Shown piece by piece: positions 25,247 to 35,041 of a DNA stretch of 64,000 bases. Every line of letters starts with the position of its first letter. Position 1 is the stretch's first letter. The translations under genes and the position numbers were made by a program. The notes below the pieces were generated by a model. That model ran no database searches, was not told where the DNA came from, and saw only the letters and a program-made list of their open reading frames with translations. The stretch is from a virus, in the IMG/VR virus record IMGVR_UViG_3300047160_003234, positions 1 through 64,000 of that record; one strand, 5' to 3'.

Positions 25247-26212
25247 TTGATTCAGTCGCGGGCGATCACGAACCGGGCGCGGTGGCTCGGATGGCGCAAG
25301 AAGAACCTTGGCGCGTCCGAGATCGCCGCGCTCTTCGGCGTCCATCCTTTCCTCACTGCGTACAAACTATGGGCCCTCAAGAGCGGGCTTATCGAGGAGG
25401 ACGACGACAGTCTGGTCAAGCGCCGCGGGCGCCATTTCGAGCGCACCGCCATCGACATCCTGCGCGAGGAAAACCCGAAGTGGTCGATCCACCGCGGGCG
25501 GAGGTACTACTGGGACGATGAGACGCGGCTCGGGGCGACGCCCGACGTGGACGTCGACACTCTGCTGGATACGACTGCGCTCGGCCATGGCGTCGGCGTG
25601 ATCCAGATCAAGACAGTCGGCCAGTGGGCTTGGAAGAAATACTGGCACAATCCCGAAGGCGAGGTGGTCGCCCCCGACTGGGTGGCCATCCAAGCCTCGC
25701 AGGAAGCCTATTTCCGCGGCGCGACATGGGCCGCCGTCTTTCCCCTCGTGTGGGATGTCGACGTGCCGCTGATTCAGGTGCCGCTCAAGATGCACTTGAT
25801 CCGCACCATCGAGCGGCTCGCGGAGGATTTCTGGCGCAGGGTCAGGGACAACGAGCCGTATCCTCCCGACTGGGGCCGGGACGCGGCCCTGTTCCTCGAC
25901 CTTCACCGCGATGACAGCGGATCCACAGTCGACCTGTCGTCCGATCAGGTTTTCGCCGGGCTCATCAAGGCGCGGCAGAAGCTGGCCGCGATCGAGAAGC
26001 GCGGCCGCGAGGCGGCCGAGGAGCGCACGCCCATCGACGCCCAGATCGTGAGCCGGATGGGCAATGCCGCGGTAGCCCGATGGGGCAAGGAGGTCGAGCA
26101 GATCGTGACTGCGATGACTGTCAAGGAGGCGAAGATCGCCTATACCCGCAAGGCTTATCGCGTGGTCAGACCCAAAGGTTTTGTGGAAGAAGAAGGAGTC
26201 GAAAACCAATGA
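25247..26212 (+). CDS. YqaJ-like (lambda exonuclease family) recombination nuclease
   Basis: [23 protein letters not shown]...LW..K, GATPD, QIKT. Confidence 0.88.
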   Translation: MIQSRAITNRARWLGWRKKNLGASEIAALFGVHPFLTAYKLWALKSGLIEEDDDSLVKRRGRHFERTAIDILREENPKWSIHRGRRYYWDDETRLGATPDVDVDTLLDTTALGHGVGVIQIKTVGQWAWKKYWHNPEGEVVAPDWVAIQASQEAYFRGATWAAVFPLVWDVDVPLIQVPLKMHLIRTIERLAEDFWRRVRDNEPYPPDWGRDAALFLDLHRDDSGSTVDLSSDQVFAGLIKARQKLAAIEKRGREAAEERTPIDAQIVSRMGNAAVARWGKEVEQIVTAMTVKEAKIAYTRKAYRVVRPKGFVEEEGVENQ

Positions 26213-26673
26213 CATTCAAGCGCAAACATGGAGAAGCCACTCCCAGAACGCCAGAATACAGTTCGTGGGCTAATATGAGGATACGCTGTCTTAGCAAGGC
26301 GCATCCTTGTTTTGCAAACTATGGAGGCCGTGGAATCACGATCTGCGAGCGATGGTCAAGTTATGCCAATTTTCTCGCAGATATGGGACGGAAACCATCT
26401 CCACAGTATACGCTCGATAGACTGGATAACAATAAGCCATACGCTCCTGATAATTGTCGTTGGGCCACTAGGCGCGAGCAGCAAGAAAACAGGCGACTAT
26501 CCATGCCGCCTGCTAGGAATAACACGAGCGGCAGGAGGGGCGTAAGGTGGTCACGGCAACATAAACGATGGGTTGCCTATGGCTGCACACAGAATCGAGT
26601 CGTGCATCTGGGTTATTTTCCTTCCTTCACAACGGCATGTGATGCGCGTGTGCAATGGGAGACGATGCGATGA
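26209..26673 (+). CDS. HNH-AP2 homing endonuclease
   Basis: [42 protein letters not shown]...HLGYF. Confidence 0.9.
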   Translation: MTFKRKHGEATPRTPEYSSWANMRIRCLSKAHPCFANYGGRGITICERWSSYANFLADMGRKPSPQYTLDRLDNNKPYAPDNCRWATRREQQENRRLSMPPARNNTSGRRGVRWSRQHKRWVAYGCTQNRVVHLGYFPSFTTACDARVQWETMR

Positions 26674-27929
26674 CCAAGGAATTGACATTCCCGCAAGAAT
26701 TGGGTCACCGAAAACATCAATTTCAGGCGGCGCTGCCACCGCAAATCCCCGTTGACCGATTCGTGCGGGTTGTGATGACGGCGATTCAACGCAATCCAGA
26801 GCTTCTCAACTGTGATCGTCGATCTTTGTGGAATGCTTGCATGCAAGCCGCGCAAGACGGGCTCGTTCCTGATGGGCGACAAGGCGCGTTGGTCGCCTTC
26901 GACGGCAAGGTCACTTGGGTTCCTATGGTTCAGGGAATCATGATCAAGGCTCGCAATTCAGGCGAGATCGCCAAATGGGAACTAGGAGAGGTTCACGCCA
27001 AGGATCAATTTGACTTCCAATTGGGCGACGATCCCTTCGTGGCGCATAAGCCTTGGATACCGACGCCGCTTACTCGCATGTCTGACGAAGCCGACGAACA
27101 ATTTGGCGAGCGTCTGCGCGCGCACGCCAATCCGGGGGAAGTCACACACTTTTATTCAATCGTCACTTTCACGAATGGACTGAAATCGCGCGATGTAATG
27201 GCGGCGCAGGAAGTTGAGTATGTTCGGGATACCTATGCTCGAAAAAGCAAGAAAACCGGCCAATTCTCCCCCGCTTGGGTAAAACGCTTCGGGGAAATGG
27301 GCAAAAAAACTGTCGCTCGCCGCCATGCCAAAACACTTCCTGCCTCTACGGATCTCATAGCGCTTCTTCAGCGCGACGATACCCTCTATAATGTGGATGG
27401 CAGCGACCGGGCGACCGGCGCGACGACCAAGATCGCAGCGCCAAAGGCGCTTTCTGACCGACTGGATTTCCTCGCTGGCGGGTTCGATCCCGAGACAGGC
27501 GAGATTGACTCTGGGGGTGGGCTTTCGACTCCTGACCCTCAGAACGGCGCGGCTTCCGTCTCACGCAGTGCGGAGGCCGCGCCACTCTATTCCGACGACG
27601 AGCCCTTCGCCGGGCCGCCGCCGGATGCGGAGTTGGAGGCTTCGCCCGCGTCACGAGAGGCCTCCAGCCCCGCTCCAAGCTCCGCGGGTGAAATATCCCC
27701 TAGCCCCCCGGGACCACCCGCCGAGACGGCGCCGGAGGCGCGACAGGCCTCCGGCGCGCGCAAGATGAAAGAGCTGCCCCTGAAAGAGCGCGGCGAGGCC
27801 ATGGCCAAGAAGGGCCGCAAGGCGTTCTCGCGCTGGCTCGACAGTCTGGAGGGCGACGATCTGGTGCAGATCAGTCTCGCCCAGCAAAAGGCTTGGTACG
27901 ACATCGCCGACGCCGAGGATAAGCAATGA
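26670..27929 (+). CDS. recT: RecT-family single-strand annealing protein
   Basis: [14 protein letters not shown]...[18 protein letters not shown]...[10 protein letters not shown]; low-complexity acidic tail. Confidence 0.9.
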   Translation: MTKELTFPQELGHRKHQFQAALPPQIPVDRFVRVVMTAIQRNPELLNCDRRSLWNACMQAAQDGLVPDGRQGALVAFDGKVTWVPMVQGIMIKARNSGEIAKWELGEVHAKDQFDFQLGDDPFVAHKPWIPTPLTRMSDEADEQFGERLRAHANPGEVTHFYSIVTFTNGLKSRDVMAAQEVEYVRDTYARKSKKTGQFSPAWVKRFGEMGKKTVARRHAKTLPASTDLIALLQRDDTLYNVDGSDRATGATTKIAAPKALSDRLDFLAGGFDPETGEIDSGGGLSTPDPQNGAASVSRSAEAAPLYSDDEPFAGPPPDAELEASPASREASSPAPSSAGEISPSPPGPPAETAPEARQASGARKMKELPLKERGEAMAKKGRKAFSRWLDSLEGDDLVQISLAQQKAWYDIADAEDKQ

Positions 27930-28333
27930 GCGTGCGCCAGTATCAGTACGCCAAGCGGACCAAGGTGCCGGTGCCGAAAACCCGCTCCGATATCGAGCGC
28001 GTCATCCGCAACCATAGCGGCAAGGCTTACATTTCCGGGTGGGACGACCGCGGCAAGGCGATGGTCGCGTTCAAGCTGAAAGAGCGCCTGATCCGCTTCA
28101 TCATGCACGACAACGAAGGCCAGCCCGACATGAGGCGGTGGAGGGCCTTGATGCTGGTGATCAAGGCCAAGCTCGAAAGCGTGGCGAGCGGCATCGAGAC
28201 GGTCGAGGAGGCGTTCCTCGCCAATATCGTGACGGCGGACGGCTCGACAGTGTGGGAGCGGGTGAGGGAGCCGCTCAAGCTTGAGTATGAGAGACAGGCG
28301 TCTGTTCCAATGCTAGAGGGAGTCGAGAAATGA
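27926..28333 (+). CDS. Conserved hypothetical phage protein
   Basis: YAKRTKVP...RRWRALMLVIKAKLESVASGIETVEEAFLANIV. Confidence 0.75.
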   Translation: MSVRQYQYAKRTKVPVPKTRSDIERVIRNHSGKAYISGWDDRGKAMVAFKLKERLIRFIMHDNEGQPDMRRWRALMLVIKAKLESVASGIETVEEAFLANIVTADGSTVWERVREPLKLEYERQASVPMLEGVEK

Positions 28334-28722
28334 AGAACACCGACATCGTCAACGCCGACGAGGGTATGGAGATCGAGGTTCTGCCCGAAACCACGATCAG
28401 CAATCGGAGGAAGAACCCCTACCATTGCGTCTTCGCCGAGGCGATCGTTCATCTGTCAACCGCCTATGTCCGGTTCAAAGGCGCGGACAAGTGGACCCGC
28501 TACAGGGTGCGGGCGCCTCTCCGCAAACAGATCGTCAGCTTCGACCGCCACGGCACATTTGACGAAGGAATGTACTGGCTGTCGGCCATTCAGCCATCGC
28601 ATCGAGCGATGGGCAAGCGGCAGGGAGGCGCGACTTACAAGAAAACCGGCGAGCCGAAATGGCGAAAAACGCGCGCGTATCTCATGGACGTGCGCGCGCC
28701 CGCCAGAATTTCGAGCCTCTGA
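28330..28722 (+). CDS. Hypothetical protein
   Basis: SD and ATGA overlap. Confidence 0.65.
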   Translation: MKNTDIVNADEGMEIEVLPETTISNRRKNPYHCVFAEAIVHLSTAYVRFKGADKWTRYRVRAPLRKQIVSFDRHGTFDEGMYWLSAIQPSHRAMGKRQGGATYKKTGEPKWRKTRAYLMDVRAPARISSL

Positions 28723-28925
28723 TGGCCTTCACCAATCAGCAACTGCTCGATTGCGCCCGGCGCGAGGTTGCGCTCCGCAAGGCGGTCTACACGAAGAGAG
28801 GCCTAACAGACGCGCGCCACCGTGAGATTGTGATGATGCAGGAGATCGCCGATCACTTTCAGAGGCTCGTTGAAACAGGCGGCGTCGTATTGGTGGAGGA
28901 ACCCCGTGCCCGTCCAGCTCCCTGA
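28722..28925 (+). CDS. Hypothetical protein
   Basis: TGATG coupling; CARREVALRKAVY. Confidence 0.6.
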   Translation: MAFTNQQLLDCARREVALRKAVYTKRGLTDARHREIVMMQEIADHFQRLVETGGVVLVEEPRARPAP

Positions 28926-29580
28926 ACCGATCCCGGCGCCGATCGCGCGCCTTCCCAAGGACGACCGCGGCTATCCGGTCCCGTGGTTCATCCAGTGGAT
29001 CAAGGACAGCAAGGAGGCCGCGCCCGGCGAGGGCCAGCCCGATTTCCGCTACATGGACCCGAAGAAGTGGGAGGAAGGCCTCATGCGGGGCCGCTGCTGG
29101 GTCTGCGGCGGCACGCTTGGCACGCACCGGATCTTCGTTATCGGCCCCATGTGCGCCATCAACCGAGTGACGCAAGAGCCGCCCTGCCACCGCGCCTGCG
29201 CCGAATACGCCTGCAAGGCCTGTCCGTTCCTTGCCCGCCCGCGGATGCGGCGCAACATCAAGGGCCTGCCCGACGATGTTTACGATAACGTCGGGGGCAT
29301 GATGATCGAGCGCAACCCCGGCGCGATGGCCTTATGGGAGACGCGCAAATATCGCCCCTTTAAGGCCGGGAACGGCTGGCTCATCCGGCTCGGCGAGCCC
29401 GACCGGGTCGACTGGTGGGCGGAAGGGCGGCAAGCGACGCGCGCCGAAATCGTCGAATCGATCCGCACCGGGTTTCCGATCTTGCAGGCCGCATGCCAGC
29501 AGGACGCCGATCCCGAGGATTCGCTCAAAGAGCTGGAGAAGCAGAGGGAGAGAGCGATGGCCCTCCTGCCTGCCGCCTGA
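28906..29580 (+). CDS. Cys/His-rich (probable Zn-binding) hypothetical protein
   Basis: RGYPVPWF, CWVCG, EPPCHRACA...CPFL; GGAGG SD and GTG. Confidence 0.75.
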   Translation: MPVQLPEPIPAPIARLPKDDRGYPVPWFIQWIKDSKEAAPGEGQPDFRYMDPKKWEEGLMRGRCWVCGGTLGTHRIFVIGPMCAINRVTQEPPCHRACAEYACKACPFLARPRMRRNIKGLPDDVYDNVGGMMIERNPGAMALWETRKYRPFKAGNGWLIRLGEPDRVDWWAEGRQATRAEIVESIRTGFPILQAACQQDADPEDSLKELEKQRERAMALLPAA

Positions 29581-29581
29581 T

Positions 29582-29596
29582 TTGCAGTTCATGCAA
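29582..29596. promoter_or_regulatory. Operator-like palindrome TTGCAGTTCATGCAA
   Basis: Intergenic, followed by an AT-rich -10-like stretch. Confidence 0.55.
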
Positions 29597-29783
29597 TAAT
29601 GTTTTAGGGTGGGACGCAGATTTTTTTGGGGCAAAAATGCAGGGCGTCCCGACCAGATACGCGGCCAAATGCGCTTTCTGCGGCCTTTCCCTCGATACGA
29701 GGGAAGACGGCGACCAACAAATGGGCGCACCGTCTGTGCGTCGAGTCGAGAATTAAGGGCTACATCAAGCAGGAGAGCCTGCT

Positions 29784-30152
29784 GTGAGGCGAGCGCTGAT
29801 CTTCTTTCCAGTCGCGCTGGCAGCGGCTTCTCCGGCCGCGGCCCGGCACGCGCCAGAGTGCCACTTCTACCACCACTGGGCGTTTCATACCGCACAGCGT
29901 TGCAATCCAGACGGAACATGGCGCGTGCGCGTCGCGCAATATGTCCCGCCCGAGATGCGGGAGAAGGCAAAACGCGATCTCGACGGCTTCCTGTCGCACT
30001 TTCCCCAGAAGGGCCCTCCGCCCTCCAAGGAAGCGCTGGCGCCCGTCGACATCCCGCTTCCACAGCTCCTCTGGGCGCCGAATGACGGCGCCAATGACAC
30101 GCGCTGGAAGCTGCTTTTGCTCGGAAAACTAAGGGAGAAGAATGGTGACTGA
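29784..30152 (+). CDS. Hypothetical secreted protein
   Basis: Signal-like MRRALIFFPVALAAASPAAA. Confidence 0.55.
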   Translation: MRRALIFFPVALAAASPAAARHAPECHFYHHWAFHTAQRCNPDGTWRVRVAQYVPPEMREKAKRDLDGFLSHFPQKGPPPSKEALAPVDIPLPQLLWAPNDGANDTRWKLLLLGKLREKNGD

Positions 30153-30480
30153 ACCTGACCCAAATGCATCAAATGCATCAATCGGCACGCCGTTTGAGCT
30201 GATGGAGGGCGCGCAGGGGCCCACGATCAGGGCCATCATCGGCCGCCTTGGCCAGAGGCCGCCCACGGTCGAGGAGGTCCGCGCCCATGAGGCGGCCCGC
30301 GAGGCCGAGGAGGCCGTGCTGGAGAAGACCAAGCGCGTCACTCAGGCCCGCAAGCACGCGGTGATGATGATCATGGCGGCGATCAAGCGCAACGGCGGCG
30401 ATCCCCTAGACGTCTGGGAGGATCATTATGTCGACGCCCTCTGGTCGCAGGCCGACCAGCTCGTAGCGCTCGATCGCTAG
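30142..30480 (+). CDS. Hypothetical protein
   Basis: GGGAG SD; last rightward gene, convergent with the late operon. Confidence 0.55.
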   Translation: MVTEPDPNASNASIGTPFELMEGAQGPTIRAIIGRLGQRPPTVEEVRAHEAAREAEEAVLEKTKRVTQARKHAVMMIMAAIKRNGGDPLDVWEDHYVDALWSQADQLVALDR

Positions 30481-33032
30481 CAACTGGTGTTTGTTCCGCC
30501 GCCGGTTCCCCATCCAAGTGTTGCTAGTCCTGCGGTGAAAGCGCCATTTGCGGTTCCGTTGCAAGTGTTGTTTCGGAACACCGCGTAGGTATAGGTATAA
30601 GGCGCTCCATTTCCCGAGATAGAGCCATTGCCAAATGTATTCCCATCAATAAGGAGTGTTGTCCCCGTGAGCCCGAATTGGGTGCCATTTGGCTCCTGTC
30701 CCCACATACAAGTCATTAGGGTTCCACTGGTGCAATTTGTTGCGTTTGCTGGCGTAAAATTATTATTGATATAGGCAATGTCGAAATATTTATAATTACC
30801 CGTGAAGCTGGTGTCTTGAGTGAAAAACCCCGGCCCGAAAGTGTTTCCCGTATAGGTGTTAAATCCAAAGATCGCATTAGCAGGGCCTTGAGCAGTGCCG
30901 CCGCTGGCAAAATTGCCGCCAGCCGTGACCTGTGTGAAGGTGACCGACTGGTGATAGTAGAAATTCAGTCCGATGTAATCGCCGTTTGAACAGGCGGTTG
31001 GCGTCTGTCCGATCAGCGTGAATGTGTTAGACGTGATGCTTCCGACCGTTAGGGTGGAGGCTCCTAGACAGTTGGATTGAGGATAGCTATTGGCCGCAAC
31101 AGGCGCTTGGGCGATCGACCACCAGCCTATCCCTACGGCTGTGGCCGATACGAAGGACGGCAGACTGCCTGTCACGGTTATTGTCGTATTGCCGCCCGAG
31201 TTCGCCGCGCCCGATACGGTCACGCCGGGAAAGCCGCTGGTCGTCGTGCAAGTATTGCCAATCATTAACGACTGGAACCCGCCCCAGCACCCAAAAGTGC
31301 TGTTAGCGATATTGTTCTCAGTGAGTTGCGAACCAAGGACGCCGCTATAGAGAGTCGAGATATTCAGACTGGTGAGAAGTTCCCACCCTAACGACCCTCG
31401 TCCCAATCCATAGCCTAATTGATAGCCATAGCAATCAGTGCATCCCCCACTGTAGTTGATGCTATCCGTCCAGCGATCCATAAAAGGGACCGACCCGTTG
31501 TACGAGCTTTGGTTGCCGGAATAAACGTCATGCACGTCAACCCCGACATGAAGTCTCCAAACCGGGGAGTAGTTGATGAGAAACGACGTGAACGGCACGC
31601 TTGAAGTCGCGGTGCCGGGATTGGGAAGGATATTGAACCAGCCGAAAGTTTCCGGCGGCGAGACAGAGTTGGCTGGAATCCGTAATTGATAGGCTTCCGG
31701 CGTACCGGGACAGGTTCCCGAGCATTTAAGGTAAACGGTGAAGTGGGAATAATCGTTGTCGATAATCGCGCTGCCGCCCGAGCCGCCCGTCGATTGCGCC
31801 GTGCATCCCGATCCGACAGGCTCAAGGCAAAGCGTGATCGTCCCGCTGGACGAGGTCTTGACCCAGTAGGGACGATCGACCTTCCACGGCGACGGAGGCG
31901 ACTCCGTGTACGGAATGAAAACCGCCTGATTGAGTGAGTACGAGCCACAGCCTGTGATGGTCGGGGACGACGCCGTGAAAGCGCAAGTGTTCCCGTCGTT
32001 GACCGGGTAGAGCGACGCCACTGCGGCGATGTAGGTCGCGCAGGGAGACGCAGAAGAACAGATCGATCCCGAGCCGCTGTTGGCGTCGGCATAAGCCATC
32101 GTGCCGCTCGACGGCAAAAGCGTTGAATTGGCGTTGGTCGAGAAGAAGTACGATCCGCCGAGGACGGGTTGCGGCTCGTAGTTGCCCGCGCCATCGGCCG
32201 CGATGGTGAATGTTCCGTTTTGAGTCGGAGTCGTCGCGGTCGTCGCGCACTGTGTCCCGACCAGATTCCAGATTGGAAGGGCGCTGAAATTGCCTGCCGC
32301 TGGCGTGTACGCTGAAAGATCGAAATGCCCCGGGTCGAGATGGGACGATTGCATGACGCAATAGCGTCCCGTTGGAAGTCCGGTGAGCGACGACGTGACG
32401 TAGACGATTTTCCCGACGCTCCAGCCATGCGCTTGCAGGGCGATTTGCGATGATCCCGATGTCGCCGTCGCGGTGCGCTGTGCGCTTAAGTAGCGCGGAT
32501 AACCCGCCGTCGGCGTGACGATCGCCCGCATTTCGTGGACGCCGTCCACTAAGGTCGTCGTATTCACTGAGACGCAGTATTCCGCCGCGCTCAAGCCGGA
32601 GGCGGTGAAGGTTTTTGTGGAGTTGAAGCTCGATACGACGACAGGGCTTCCGCCATCGAGATAAAAAGTGACGCTTGATCCCGGCGTGGCGGCGACGGCG
32701 TCGCTAAGAGATACCGCCATTATACAGGCATGGAACGTGCCGCTTTGGAGCGTATTGGGAACCATGTCCCAATTTGCGATCACATTTGAATTGAAGCCTG
32801 TTTGGCCGGATGTTCCTTGCTGTCCCGGAACGGCTTGCGGAGCCCAAGAGGTATTGATGACATCGGCGGTGTCGTTCGGCGACATATAAGGCTGGCTTGT
32901 TCCCGCCGTGATCGGCGGAATGCCGCCCCCGCCGCCGCCACTGGTCGCCGTCATAAACCCGGCGAAAGAGCTGGCGGCCTCAACGGAGAATGGCGTGCAA
33001 AGGAGGATCGCCGCCAGTGCGGCGCGTATCAA
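30477..33032 (-). CDS. Large signal-peptide, Cys/Thr/Ser/Gly-rich protein with beta-helix-like C-terminal part (tailspike/adhesin-like)
   Basis: TTGA-coupled start MIRAALAAILLCTPFSVEA; Asn-rich repeats (GNTF, NNNF, NNTC). Confidence 0.7.
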   Translation of the reverse strand: MIRAALAAILLCTPFSVEAASSFAGFMTATSGGGGGGIPPITAGTSQPYMSPNDTADVINTSWAPQAVPGQQGTSGQTGFNSNVIANWDMVPNTLQSGTFHACIMAVSLSDAVAATPGSSVTFYLDGGSPVVVSSFNSTKTFTASGLSAAEYCVSVNTTTLVDGVHEMRAIVTPTAGYPRYLSAQRTATATSGSSQIALQAHGWSVGKIVYVTSSLTGLPTGRYCVMQSSHLDPGHFDLSAYTPAAGNFSALPIWNLVGTQCATTATTPTQNGTFTIAADGAGNYEPQPVLGGSYFFSTNANSTLLPSSGTMAYADANSGSGSICSSASPCATYIAAVASLYPVNDGNTCAFTASSPTITGCGSYSLNQAVFIPYTESPPSPWKVDRPYWVKTSSSGTITLCLEPVGSGCTAQSTGGSGGSAIIDNDYSHFTVYLKCSGTCPGTPEAYQLRIPANSVSPPETFGWFNILPNPGTATSSVPFTSFLINYSPVWRLHVGVDVHDVYSGNQSSYNGSVPFMDRWTDSINYSGGCTDCYGYQLGYGLGRGSLGWELLTSLNISTLYSGVLGSQLTENNIANSTFGCWGGFQSLMIGNTCTTTSGFPGVTVSGAANSGGNTTITVTGSLPSFVSATAVGIGWWSIAQAPVAANSYPQSNCLGASTLTVGSITSNTFTLIGQTPTACSNGDYIGLNFYYHQSVTFTQVTAGGNFASGGTAQGPANAIFGFNTYTGNTFGPGFFTQDTSFTGNYKYFDIAYINNNFTPANATNCTSGTLMTCMWGQEPNGTQFGLTGTTLLIDGNTFGNGSISGNGAPYTYTYAVFRNNTCNGTANGAFTAGLATLGWGTGGGTNTSC

Positions 33033-33721
33033 GACCCGCAACTGACCATCCTTCCCGAATTGAAAGACTGAGTGAGCGTCGGGCCGCATAAGACGACAGG
33101 CGCCGCGCCTGCCCCGGATCGCGTGCTGAGTTGGACAATAACATCGTTCTGATTGGCGGTGGGGCCGCTCAATGTCGGGTTTTGGACGTTCCAATCCCCC
33201 GGAGGATAGGCGCCGGTGTTGTACCAGCGGTTTACGTTGGAGACGGATGAATTGTACCAAAGATCACAGCCACCCGCGGGATCACAGTCGACTGTCACCA
33301 AAAATTCAGTGCCGCCGGGCGCCAAGGTTATCCAATCGCTGGTGGCGATGTTAGCAGCCGTAATCGTGACTCCATGCGCCCCACCAGTACATCCTGTCCC
33401 GCATGGACCCGTCGTAAAGGTCACTTCCTGAAATGTCGTTGATGGAAACGCGGTCGTGCAAGCACCCGACGGACTGGCGAATGAACCGGACGACATGCAA
33501 ATCGACATATGAGGGGATATGGTACCGTAAGTCCCGCCATTGATCTGTAGCTGAACTTGTCCAAGACTAGGCCCGGTTGCCGTAAACTCGATTCGGACAG
33601 CCCAACTGTAAACGGCTGTGCCTGTGCCGGAACCAATAGGCCCGTAGATTACGGATTGCGCTTCGGCTGCGCCTCCCCAAACGCAAGCCAGAGCAGCGCT
33701 AAGAAAGAGCGCGCGGCGCAT
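33029..33721 (-). CDS. Signal-peptide, Cys-containing beta-rich protein
   Basis: TGATG-coupled start MRRALFLSAALACVWGGAAEA. Confidence 0.7.
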   Translation of the reverse strand: MRRALFLSAALACVWGGAAEAQSVIYGPIGSGTGTAVYSWAVRIEFTATGPSLGQVQLQINGGTYGTISPHMSICMSSGSFASPSGACTTAFPSTTFQEVTFTTGPCGTGCTGGAHGVTITAANIATSDWITLAPGGTEFLVTVDCDPAGGCDLWYNSSVSNVNRWYNTGAYPPGDWNVQNPTLSGPTANQNDVIVQLSTRSGAGAAPVVLCGPTLTQSFNSGRMVSCGS

Positions 33722-35028
33722 CAGAAGTAGTCCGCCTCGATGAAGCCCGTGTCCGCGCCGCTCGTGAAAGTGTACGGCGAGGCGTTTGTGGAGAGCAGGA
33801 TCACGATCCCGGTTCCCATGAGGATGGTGTCTGGCAGGCGGCTGATGGAGCACCCGCGCGTCGTCGTGTCGAACATGCAAACCGAAATGGGAGTGATGGC
33901 CGAACCGCTGGTCGGCGCCGAGATGGCGTTGATGGCGATGCAATAACCGGCGGCGCCCCCAGTGATGGCGGTGCAATTAAAGGCCCCGAGATTTCCGGCG
34001 GACCCTTTAGCGACCAAGGAAGCTGCGAGCGCGCCGGTTGTGGTATGAGCCATAGTGGCGGCGACGACAGGCGAGGAGTTCGCCGCAAGGGCGCCCCCAT
34101 TGGCGTTGGTATTAGTGACAAAGACGTTTGCACCGGGCACGTTGCCGGTCGGCGCGGTGCCATAGGCGGTCGGCGTGGCGAGCGTCGTTCCCGCCTGTTG
34201 CGTCAGGTTGATCGTCCACGGCGGCGAGCCCTGAAGGACGGTCGGGTTAGAGGCGAAGGCCGGGAGCGTGCCGCTGATGCCGAACGATGAGTTGGCGATC
34301 GACCCAATGGTGTTCACGCCGGTTCCGAGAACGAATGTCGCGCCCGTGCCCGGGACGACCGGCATGGGATTGGCCGCCGCGGCGATGGCGGCGCCCACGA
34401 ACATCTCGGCGTTGACGCCGATCTGATTGCCGCTTGGCGCGGTGCCCCATGCAGTCGGCGATCCGACGCCGACCGAGTTCCATTGCGTGACGTTGACGTT
34501 GCCTCCGCCTCCGCCTCCGCCTCCGCCTCCTGAGAGAACCGGCAGGCCGGAACCGCCGGTCACGTTGACGGTCGAAGTGCCGCTCGGCGACATACAGGAG
34601 AGCGAAGTCGCGCCGCCTGTCCCGATGCCCTTCCCGCCGCCGCCGGGCGACAGGTACATATCCGACGCAGTGGCGGGTCCAGCGCCGGGAACGCAGTAGA
34701 TGCCGTTCGAGCCGACGTTCTCAATGATCCATGTCGCCGCTGCGGGTTCGCCCGCCTGAGTCACCGATGTTCCCGGCGTGACCGTCACGACCGGGGCGCC
34801 TCTGGCCGCCCACTGGAAGGGCGTGACGGTCGCCGAGACGGAAGCGGCGGTGCAGGCGTTGCCGTTCGTGTCTACCGTCGGCCAGTTGCTTTGGCCGGGC
34901 GTCCAAAGCGCGCCCCACGGCGCCGTGTTGCCGCAAGTCGTGACGACGCGCGCAGTCTGCGCTTGGGCGCCGTGAGGAAGTAAAAAGAGGAGGGCGGTCA
35001 GGGCCGGTGCGAAAAGAAGGCGCTTCAT
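33721..35028 (-). CDS. Signal-peptide, Gly/Thr-rich fibre-like protein
   Basis: AGGAG SD; MKRLLFAPALTALLFLLPHGAQA; poly-Gly linker; repeat PTA(W/Y)GTAP(S/T)GN..G.N twice. Confidence 0.75.
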   Translation of the reverse strand: MKRLLFAPALTALLFLLPHGAQAQTARVVTTCGNTAPWGALWTPGQSNWPTVDTNGNACTAASVSATVTPFQWAARGAPVVTVTPGTSVTQAGEPAAATWIIENVGSNGIYCVPGAGPATASDMYLSPGGGGKGIGTGGATSLSCMSPSGTSTVNVTGGSGLPVLSGGGGGGGGGGNVNVTQWNSVGVGSPTAWGTAPSGNQIGVNAEMFVGAAIAAAANPMPVVPGTGATFVLGTGVNTIGSIANSSFGISGTLPAFASNPTVLQGSPPWTINLTQQAGTTLATPTAYGTAPTGNVPGANVFVTNTNANGGALAANSSPVVAATMAHTTTGALAASLVAKGSAGNLGAFNCTAITGGAAGYCIAINAISAPTSGSAITPISVCMFDTTTRGCSISRLPDTILMGTGIVILLSTNASPYTFTSGADTGFIEADYF

Positions 35029-35041
35029 CTCCGCTCTCCTT

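Noticed and set aside
30161-30182. CAAATGCAT tandem repeat resembling the palindrome family
   Set aside because: Inside a CDS (NASNAS) and only a partial match; not counted as an operator
31415-32428. 337-aa same-strand alternative-frame ORF inside the spike-like gene
   Set aside because: Arg/Pro/Ser-rich composition typical of a frame shadow; no motif, unlike the methyltransferase nested ORF
34500-34530. (CCTCCG)n repeat as a contingency locus
   Set aside because: In-frame hexamer encoding a poly-Gly linker; slippage would not shift frame
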